Source: an uncultured cyanobacterium
GTDB lineage: Bacteria; Cyanobacteriota; Cyanobacteriia; CAKZMO01
Direction: 5' to 3'
Assembly (NCBI GenBank): GCA_963719515.1
Contig: CAVRCJ010000019.1
Location: 1-64,000 of the forward strand
DNA length: 64,000 bases
The number at the start of each line of letters is the position of its first letter. The stretch's first letter is position 1. The notes below the pieces were generated by a model. That model searched no databases. It saw only the letters and a list, made by a program, of their open reading frames with translations, and was not told the DNA's origin. Made by a program: the position numbers and the translations under genes. This document shows, piece after piece, positions 31,813-39,770 of this stretch.

Positions 31813-33159
31813 TTGACTTCTCCCCCGGCTAAAGCACGTGGGATTCTTGGATTGCTCCAAGACTTTTCTGCTTCGTAGCACCTGCCTTCCGAGATTTACT
31901 CTCTATGCGCGAAGCGCAGGCTTCGCCAACGGGTCTTACAGTCGCTCCACAGACTGACACCGCTAGACCAGCGGCCAAAACGTTTGCAGCAGCGCTTACG
32001 TCTCTATCATGCTTAACGTCGCACTCAGGACATTGCCACTCTCGAACGTTCAACGGCAGCTTATCTACAACGTGACCACAGTTGCCACAGCGTTTAGAGC
32101 TAGGGAACCATCGGTCTATCTTGACCAGCTCCCGCCCATACCACTCGCACTTGTAGGTAAGCTGCCTCACCAGTTCTCCCCAGCTCGCATCACTGATGGA
32201 CAGAGCCAGTTTGTGGTTTTTCACCATGTTCTTCACGGCTAAGTCTTCGACGGCGATCGCTTGGTTTTCGCGCACCAGCCGGGTTGTCAGCTTGTGTGGG
32301 AGGGAAGCAGGTCTTTGCGGGCATCGGCTATCTCAGCGTGGACCCTGGCCACCCTGAGCCGCGCCTTGTATCGGTTGTTCGACCCTTTTTGCTTGCGGCT
32401 GAGCGCCTTTTGAGCTTTTCGTAGCTTGCGGTACTTGGCCCTGAAGCCTTTGGGGTTGGCAACCTTCTCCCCCGTACTCAGCGTGACTAGACTGGTGATG
32501 CCCATGTCCAGCCCAACTTGGTTAGGAGATTTTGGCAACGGCTCAATGTCTACCTCCACCAACAGCGACACAAACCAGCGCCCTGCAGGGTTAGCTTGAC
32601 CGTGATGGTCGATGGTGTAGCAGCTTTTGGAAGCTGACGAGACCATCGAATGGGCAGCGCCTCAGAGCACTTAGCCAAGTACACCTGACCCTCTCTAAAC
32701 TTGAAAGCCGACTTGGTAAACTCTGCGCTACCGCCGTTACGCTTCTTTTTGAAGTTGGGATAGTTGGCCCGACCCGCAAAGAAGTTGGTGAAGGCGGTTT
32801 GCAGATGCCTCAAGCCCTGCTGAAGGGGAACTGAGCTAACCTCAGCGAGAAATTCAAGGCCGTCCTCTTTTTTCCACTGGGTCAGCATCTTGGAGGTTTG
32901 AGCGTAGCCTACACGCTCCTGCTTCTGGTACCAAGCCTCAGTCCTTGCCGTCAAAGCGCGGTTGTAAACGAGACGAGCACACCCCATAGTCCGGCGCAAG
33001 AGGTTTTCTTGCTCAGCAGTAGGGTAGAAGCGGTAGCGGTAGGCTTTTTGGCTCATGTATTACAGTTTAACGTATTCCGTGTAAGGTATGGATATATTCG
33101 CCCATGGCTCACCGCCTTGTATCCCACCGCTAGAGCGGCTGGGTTTTACGGCGACTTCT
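31813..33159 (-). mobile_element. IS200/IS605 family tnpB-only (IS1341-like) element, about 1.35 kb
   Basis: Left end follows TTAT with subterminal hairpin CCCAGCCGCTCTAGCGGTGGG; right end hairpin CCCACGTGCTTTAGCCGGGG then TCAA; no target duplication; no tnpA. Confidence 0.85.
31829..33056 (-). pseudogene. tnpB: RNA-guided endonuclease TnpB, frameshifted into three pieces
   Basis: AYRYRFYPT HTH, RuvC GLDMG / AVEDL / HDRD, CxxC..CxxC zinc finger; frameshifts near 32590 and 32300. Confidence 0.88.
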
Positions 33160-33383
33160 ATAAGTTAATAGCAGGGAGGAACAGCAGGGTTGCAAATTTG
33201 TGAATCTGACATAGACTTGTTGAGGTGATGCATCACCAAGGTGTCGCTGACCGCGAAAATATCTGGGTTTAAGGGGGCTTTGTAACCCAGGGTCCTTCCG
33301 CTCAGCGGCACTCTAAAGTTTTAACTCAGGGGCCAGTGGCCAACTGATTACCAGCAGGCCAGCGGTCTGACAGGACATTGAGC

Positions 33384-34241
33384 ATGACGTTTTGGCTGGG
33401 CTGCGCTGTTTGGGCCTATCGAGGCTGGTTAGGGGAGCTGTTTCCTCAGCAGGCAAAGCCCCGTGACTTTTTACACCTCTACAGCCGTAGGCTCACAGCG
33501 GTAGAGGGCAACGCTACCTTCTACGCTGTCCCCTCCGAAGCAACCCTGACTCAATGGAAACTTTCCACTCCTGAAGGCTTTAAGTTTTGCCCCAAGCTCT
33601 ATCGTGAGGTCACCCACCGAGGGCTGCTGTATCCCCAGCGAGAGCTGGCCCTAAAGGTGATCGATCGTCTGCGCCACCTAGGGGCTCGGCTCGGCCCTCT
33701 GATGATTCAGCTCCCCCCCCGCTATGGCCCCGAGCAGCTAGAAGATTTGGCCCAGTTTTTGCGCCTGCTGCCTCAGGATCTCGATGCTGCTGTTGAGGTC
33801 AGGCATGCGGGCTGGTTCGCTCCGCCCGCCGCCCAGCGTCTTAACCAGCTGCTTCAGCAGCAGCGAGTGGGGCGCATCTTACTCGACACCCGGCCCATCT
33901 ATTCTGGCCCTGATGACCCGCAGCGGCAGTCCAACCGCCGCAAGCCCCAGGTGCCTCTACAACCCACCGTGACCGCGCCGTTTGCTATCGTCCGCTATAT
34001 TGGTCACCCCGATCTGTCGCGTAACCAAGATTACATAGATCGCTGGGCGGCTCAGCTGGGGGACTGGCTGCGCCAGGGGACAGAGATTTATCTGTTTGTC
34101 CACTGCCCGCAAGAGGCGCGATCGCCCACTATCGTAAAAGCATTTCAGCAGCGGCTAGAAGCTGTGGAGGCTCCGGTGCCACCGCTGCCCTGGCTGCAAA
34201 ACCCTCTGCAGGAGCCTGACCAGCTCTCGCTATTTTCGTAA
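33384..34241 (+). CDS. DUF72 family protein
   Basis: GCAVWAY, VEGNATFY, QLPP, AVEVRH. Confidence 0.88.
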   Translation: MTFWLGCAVWAYRGWLGELFPQQAKPRDFLHLYSRRLTAVEGNATFYAVPSEATLTQWKLSTPEGFKFCPKLYREVTHRGLLYPQRELALKVIDRLRHLGARLGPLMIQLPPRYGPEQLEDLAQFLRLLPQDLDAAVEVRHAGWFAPPAAQRLNQLLQQQRVGRILLDTRPIYSGPDDPQRQSNRRKPQVPLQPTVTAPFAIVRYIGHPDLSRNQDYIDRWAAQLGDWLRQGTEIYLFVHCPQEARSPTIVKAFQQRLEAVEAPVPPLPWLQNPLQEPDQLSLFS

Positions 34242-34429
34242 ACCTGCCGTTTCTAAGATGAAACTCAACCAACAGACCTCCATAAACTTTGTGTAAAAAC
34301 TAACGGCACCATTGCTGGCGCTCAATGCGAACCAGTAGAATTTGCAAGACAGACCAGTAAAATTTGGTGTAAAGCTGGGCCCCCTCACCGATTAACTCTC
34401 CTCATTCTTTTGTTCCCTTCAACCGATTG

Positions 34430-36070
34430 ATGAATCATTCTGCACTGACCTACGAAGACTCGGCACCCGTCTCCTCAGACCCCTCACAACCCAAACGAAC
34501 GATCGCCGCTATTGATGTGGGTACCAACTCCATCCACCTGGTGGTGGTTCAAATTCAGCCCGAGCTGCCCTCATTTCATATCATTGCTCAAGAAAAAGAC
34601 ACGGTGCGGCTGGGGGATCGCGACCCTAAAACGGGGCATCTCACCCAAGAGGCCATGGAGAGAGGCTTTGCATCCCTACGGCGCTGCCGAGAACTCGCGG
34701 CCAGTATGAACGCTGAGGAAATCATTGCCGTTGCCACAAGTGCGGTGCGCGAGGCCCCCAACGGTCAAGATTTTATCCGTCAGGTGGAGAAGGAAATTGG
34801 ACTGTCCATCGACCTGATTTCAGGGGAGGAGGAAGCCCGACGAATTTATCTCGGCGTCCTATCGGGGATGGAACTAGATCAGCAGCCCCACATCGTAATT
34901 GATATCGGCGGCGGTTCGACAGAGCTGGTTTTGGGAGACGGCCGCGAGCCCCGTTTCCTCAGCAGCACCAAGGTGGGCGCGGTGCGGCTGACCCGTGAGT
35001 TTGTCAGTCACGATCCTCCGGCAGAGAGTGAGATGAACTACCTGCAGGCCTTCATTCACGGGAAGCTTGAGCGCTCTGTAGAAGAGCTTCAGCACCACAT
35101 TCAGCCGGATGAAACGGTTCAGCTGGTGGGCACTTCTGGAACCATTCAGACGCTGGCAACCATTCATGCCCACGAGGCGCTCGGCGTCGTGCCGTCCACC
35201 CTAAACGGCTATCGAATTCCCTTTTGCGACCTCAAGACCATCGTCAAGCGACTGCAAACTCTAAAAACTGGCGATCGCTGTGCCCTGCCGGGTATATCGC
35301 CCAGGCGCGCAGAAATCATCGTGGCGGGGGCGCTGGTGCTCCAAGAAGCCATGCTGCTGCTGAAGGCTGATTCTGTTGTGGTCTGCGAGCGGGCGCTACG
35401 GGAAGGAGTTGTGGTGGACTGGATGCTCACCCATAGCCTAATCGCCGATCGCCTAGAATACCAAAGCTCGATTCGGCAGCGAAGCGTCTTTAACCTAGCC
35501 CGCAAGTACCAAATCAACCTAGAACATTCGGGGCGGGTGGCCCGGTTTGCCGTCAGTCTGTTCGACCAAACTCAGCAGCTGGGTTTGCATCAGTGGGGGA
35601 ACACCGAGCGAGAGCTGCTGTGGGCCGCCGCCATGCTGCACAACTGCGGCCACTTCGTGAGCCACAGCGCCCACCACAAGCATTCATACTACCTAATTCG
35701 CCACGGCGGTCTCCTGGGCCACACCGAAGTACAAATTGAGGCGATCGCCAACCTGGCTCGGTATCACCGCAAAAGCGCCCCCAGGAAAAAGCACGAAAAC
35801 TACCGCAACTTACCGACCAAAGAGTGGCGGCAGCGCGTTGACCAGCTCAGCGCTCTACTGCGGCTGGCGATCGCGCTAGACCGCAGGCAGATCGGCGCAA
35901 TTCGGCAGATGCAGTGCGAAATTTCGCCCGATAAATCAGAGCTGGTTCTACGCCTACAGCCTTCTATTCCGAATGATTCCTGCAGCCTGGAGATGTGGAG
36001 CTTGGGCTACAAGAAAGACTGCTTCGAGATCGAATTTGACCTTAAATTAGTGCCGGTCATAGAGGGGTAA
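34430..36070 (+). CDS. ppx: Exopolyphosphatase Ppx/GppA family
   Basis: AAIDVGTNS, ATSAVRE, GEEEAR, DIGGGSTE, ALREG, C-terminal HD-like region. Confidence 0.92.
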   Translation: MNHSALTYEDSAPVSSDPSQPKRTIAAIDVGTNSIHLVVVQIQPELPSFHIIAQEKDTVRLGDRDPKTGHLTQEAMERGFASLRRCRELAASMNAEEIIAVATSAVREAPNGQDFIRQVEKEIGLSIDLISGEEEARRIYLGVLSGMELDQQPHIVIDIGGGSTELVLGDGREPRFLSSTKVGAVRLTREFVSHDPPAESEMNYLQAFIHGKLERSVEELQHHIQPDETVQLVGTSGTIQTLATIHAHEALGVVPSTLNGYRIPFCDLKTIVKRLQTLKTGDRCALPGISPRRAEIIVAGALVLQEAMLLLKADSVVVCERALREGVVVDWMLTHSLIADRLEYQSSIRQRSVFNLARKYQINLEHSGRVARFAVSLFDQTQQLGLHQWGNTERELLWAAAMLHNCGHFVSHSAHHKHSYYLIRHGGLLGHTEVQIEAIANLARYHRKSAPRKKHENYRNLPTKEWRQRVDQLSALLRLAIALDRRQIGAIRQMQCEISPDKSELVLRLQPSIPNDSCSLEMWSLGYKKDCFEIEFDLKLVPVIEG

Positions 36071-36086
36071 ACGGCTCGTTGTAGGC

Positions 36087-36114
36087 GTAGGGGCACAGCA
36101 TGCTGCGCCCCTGC
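36087..36114. repeat. GTAG-type REP-like palindrome between convergent genes
   Basis: GTAGGGGCACAGCATGCTGCGCCCCTGC. Confidence 0.7.
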
Positions 36115-36128
36115 GCCCTTACCAATAG

Positions 36129-36983
36129 CTATTCAGGGCGACGGGCCAGCAGCACCGGGCAGGGCGCATACACCCGAATGTAGTCCGACAGCGACTGACC
36201 CAGGAGTCGGTCGAGATCGGGCAGTCCCCTGGCAATAGAGGGACGCCCCTCTGGCGATCCCATAATCAGTAGGTCAACATCCAGGTCAGACGCCAGCTCA
36301 CAGATGCGTTCCCCCGGTCGGCCCGCTGGCGCTTCGCAGCGATACTTAATGTCCATGTTGCGGGCCGCAGCGACAGCGGGCGCGAGAACTGGGTCTTCTT
36401 CTGGCGCGCTAGTTGGCGCGTCGGGTATGGCTTTCAGGTCAGGGCTGACGTGAACCAGTACTAGCTCGCCGCCGTTGATATCTCGAATCGTAGCCAGCGC
36501 TAGGTCGAGCACCTGCTGCGCGGTCGAGGAGCGATCGAGGGTGACCAGCACGCGGCGAATTTTTTTGACGTAGATATCGTCCTTAACCAGCAGCATTGGC
36601 CGAGACGCTAACTGAAATACATACTGGCTGACGGAGTTCTCTAAAATTGACTGCAGACGCTTGAGCCCTCGCGACCCCATGATGATCAGATCGGCGTCAA
36701 TTTCTTTGGCAACGCGGCAGACGATGTCTTTGGGATCGCCCTCCCGCAGCATAGCAGTGGCCTGGGACGGGTCTAGGCTCAAAGACTGCATGGTCCGCGC
36801 TAGAACCTTACCTCCTTCTTCCCATTTCGCCGTCATGCCTTCCGCCGTCACCTGAGGTGAAACGACGTGAAGAACGGTGATGGCGGCCTGCTGGAAAAAA
36901 GGGCTGTCCCGCAAAAATCTTAGCATTGCCTCTGACTGCCCAGTGCCCGAGTCAGCCAGCAAAATCCGGTCCATCTTAATCAT
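36129..36983 (-). CDS. Universal stress protein (tandem USP domains)
   Basis: ILLADSG, GDPKDIVC, DLIIMGSRG, SVSQYV; second domain DLLIMGS..PCPVLL. Confidence 0.9.
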   Translation of the reverse strand: MIKMDRILLADSGTGQSEAMLRFLRDSPFFQQAAITVLHVVSPQVTAEGMTAKWEEGGKVLARTMQSLSLDPSQATAMLREGDPKDIVCRVAKEIDADLIIMGSRGLKRLQSILENSVSQYVFQLASRPMLLVKDDIYVKKIRRVLVTLDRSSTAQQVLDLALATIRDINGGELVLVHVSPDLKAIPDAPTSAPEEDPVLAPAVAAARNMDIKYRCEAPAGRPGERICELASDLDVDLLIMGSPEGRPSIARGLPDLDRLLGQSLSDYIRVYAPCPVLLARRPE

Positions 36984-37125
36984 GTCTGTTCTCCCCTCGA
37001 TCTTTCCCGTAGATCGCTGTCGATTTGCGTAGTCTGCTGCCGCATTCGAGCAGCAATCCACTCAACACGACTATACGTTGGACGCCTACGCTTAATCGAT
37101 TTGCGTTACGTGATGTCACACAGCG

Positions 37126-37599
37126 CTAGCGAAAGAAAACGACGCTGAAGAACAGGGCCGTAATTACACCGTAGCAGGTGGCCAAAAACGCTTGAAAGGA
37201 GACGCCGCGATATATCGTGATCATGATCACAAGAGTCAACGAGAACAGGAGCTCAACCCAGGGAACGGAGAGCAGCGCCTCGGGGTCATACAGGCTGTTG
37301 AAGGCGGCAAATAGAATTAATGCCCACAGCGTTGAGATCACATAGATGTTGAATCGAGGGATCTTGACCTCATAGGGAGACTTGAAGGCATCGGTGAAGA
37401 ACGAAATATAGGTAATTGCCAGCGGTGGAATCAGGCTCGCGAGAACGCTCTTGACTCCCGCTCCAAAGCTAAACGCGAAGGAATTGAGAATCAAGTAGAA
37501 CATGTAGCCCAGCAGTACCGCAACGCCCAGCAGCGCAATGGCGATGCTGACACCCTTGAGCAGCGGTCCGCGGCGGTTAGATTGAGACTCGTTAGCCAT
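37126..37599 (-). CDS. Hypothetical integral membrane protein
   Basis: 157 aa with about 5 hydrophobic segments, GGAGG RBS-like site upstream. Confidence 0.7.
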   Translation of the reverse strand: MANESQSNRRGPLLKGVSIAIALLGVAVLLGYMFYLILNSFAFSFGAGVKSVLASLIPPLAITYISFFTDAFKSPYEVKIPRFNIYVISTLWALILFAAFNSLYDPEALLSVPWVELLFSLTLVIMITIYRGVSFQAFLATCYGVITALFFSVVFFR

Positions 37600-37870
37600 A
37601 TCCTAATGTCATACCTCCTAAATAATAGCCATTGAGCCGTTGCCCATTAAGGCTAAGCCGCGACGATGACGTGCATCGGCTGGCAGACTCCTAATGTAAT
37701 GCAAAAATTCGTCACTAAAACCTGCCGCAAATTGAGCGAGATGCTCTCTAGGATTGACGTCTAAGTATCCACGTAAAGCGTTGAGACAGCCTAGAATTTA
37801 AGCATGCCTCAAAAGAAGGCTCACCACAAGAACGTTTTGATGCATTTCACTCTGAGAATTCACGGTTGCT

Positions 37871-38260
37871 ATGTCTGACTCATTCCAGTCTGACTCATTC
37901 CAGCAGATCTCTAGCGCTTCTGCAGGCGGCGCTAGTCCTGCCCTGCGGCGGATGGGGCTGTTTGTTTATCTTGTCCCTGTGATGGGCGCTGTACCGGCGC
38001 TGTGGACCCTTTCGAAAAGTAAGGGCGATCGCCAACAGCGCTACGTCAGCCGCCTTAGCGTGACGCTGGCGTCGAGCTGGCTGCTGGGCTATACCTTATT
38101 GGGAATAGGCAATTCCGGCGGGCATACCCTGTGGCTGCTTATTCTCAGCAGCTTGCTCACCTCAGGATACTTTTTAACCAGCCTTTGGCTGATGGCGCAG
38201 CTCTGGCGGCGTAAGCAGTTGTGGCTGCCGGGGCTCAGTGCCCTTAGCCGCCGCCTCTAA
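37871..38260 (+). CDS. Hypothetical membrane protein
   Basis: Three hydrophobic segments, YLVPVMG..LWLPG; 15-nt duplication at the start (SDSFQ x2). Confidence 0.7.
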   Translation: MSDSFQSDSFQQISSASAGGASPALRRMGLFVYLVPVMGAVPALWTLSKSKGDRQQRYVSRLSVTLASSWLLGYTLLGIGNSGGHTLWLLILSSLLTSGYFLTSLWLMAQLWRRKQLWLPGLSALSRRL

Positions 38261-38407
38261 AAGGCGATCGCCCTAGATATCGGCACAGCGCACAATGAGC
38301 ATTCTGGCGGCGGGCAAAGATAATAGGATGAAGCGCCGGTTTGCTCGCCTCAATGCGTCAACCCTAGTTTTTCTCAGCGGCCCTCTATTCTATAGTCAAG
38401 AACTCCT

Positions 38408-39766
38408 GTGGCATCCATAACCCCACCTCATGCGTCAACGTCCCGTACGTCAGCCCGTCCCCTGCGCTGGCTTTTGCTAGCGCTCGGCCTGTCCGGGACG
38501 GCGATCGCCTCTGCGGCTGCCGGGGCCCTGTTCGCCGTAGGGCTGACCAGTACCCCACTTCTGCAAAGCGCGCTCAGCTCAGAGGAGGAGCAGGTATTTG
38601 GCGAGGGCGATCGCATTTCGGCCACCGACTTTCGCTTGCCCCGTCTTACCCGCCCCGTCAACATCCTCGTCTTAGGGGTAAAGGTACTGACCTCGGACTT
38701 GGAAGAGACGCCTAGGGCCGCTGATGATCTGGGGTATCACGCCCTGGTAAACGACCTTGATGGCCTGTCGGACACCATGCTGCTGCTGGGATTCGACCCA
38801 GAAGACGACAACTTGGCTATGCTCTCTCTGCCCCGAGACACCCGCACTTGGGTTGACGGTATGGGCTACACCAAACTCAACGAGGCCAACCGAGAGGGAG
38901 GGCCAGCTTTGGCGGCCTCCACCACCAGCGAGCTGCTGGGGGGCGTGAACGTCGACCGCTACGTGCGCATCAATGTGCAGGGGGTGGAAAAGCTGATCGA
39001 TGCGCTGGGGGGGGTGGAGGTCTATGTGCCCTACGACATGCAGTACCAGGACGACAGTCAGCACCTCTACATCAACCTCAAGGAGGGCCAGCAGCGGCTC
39101 AGCGGGGACCAGGCGCTGCAGTTTTTGCGCTATCGCTACGACGGCTATGGCGACATTGGCCGCATCCAAAGGCAGCAGACGCTGCTGAGGGCGCTTCAAG
39201 AGCAGGCCCTCAGCCCCATGACCCTGACCCGCGTCCCCAAACTTTTGTCGGTGGTCCGCGACAATATCGACACCAACTTGAGCCTCGAAGAACTCCTGGC
39301 TTTAGTCGGCTTTGCCGCCCGTATGGACCGCTCTGAGGTGCAGCAGCTTTTGCTGCCGGGAGACTTTAGCGAGGCCGGCTATAGCCTCAGCTACTGGCTT
39401 CCTGACGAGCGAGCCATTGACCGCATGATGGCCCAGCACTTTGATCAAGACGCCGAGCTGGCGGCGCTGCCCAGCCGGGGCGACGTCCGCATTGCCATCC
39501 AGAACAGCACGGGCGACGACTACGCCATTGACGATTTGATTATTCGCCTGGAGGAAGCGGGCTACTGGAATATTGGGGTCAACGAGTACTGGAGTGAACC
39601 CTTATCTGAAACCCGCATCATTGCCCAGCAGGGGGACACCCGGCTTGCTGACGAGCTGCAGCAGGTCTTAGCGCTGGGGGAGGTGCGCACCGAAAGCACT
39701 GGCACCCTGAACTCTGACATTACGATCGCCATCGGGCAAGATTGGGTAGAGGCAAACCCCTACTAG
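38408..39766 (+). CDS. LCP (LytR-CpsA-Psr) family protein with LytR_C domain
   Basis: NILVLG, SDTMLL, SLPRDT, RYRYD..GDIGRIQRQ, SDITIAIGQDW. Confidence 0.92.
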   Translation: MASITPPHASTSRTSARPLRWLLLALGLSGTAIASAAAGALFAVGLTSTPLLQSALSSEEEQVFGEGDRISATDFRLPRLTRPVNILVLGVKVLTSDLEETPRAADDLGYHALVNDLDGLSDTMLLLGFDPEDDNLAMLSLPRDTRTWVDGMGYTKLNEANREGGPALAASTTSELLGGVNVDRYVRINVQGVEKLIDALGGVEVYVPYDMQYQDDSQHLYINLKEGQQRLSGDQALQFLRYRYDGYGDIGRIQRQQTLLRALQEQALSPMTLTRVPKLLSVVRDNIDTNLSLEELLALVGFAARMDRSEVQQLLLPGDFSEAGYSLSYWLPDERAIDRMMAQHFDQDAELAALPSRGDVRIAIQNSTGDDYAIDDLIIRLEEAGYWNIGVNEYWSEPLSETRIIAQQGDTRLADELQQVLALGEVRTESTGTLNSDITIAIGQDWVEANPY

Positions 39767-39770
39767 CGCT

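Noticed and set aside
31786..31881. N-terminal extension of the DUF1565-SLH ORF
   Set aside because: It runs through the IS right end; ATG at 31785 fits the domain start
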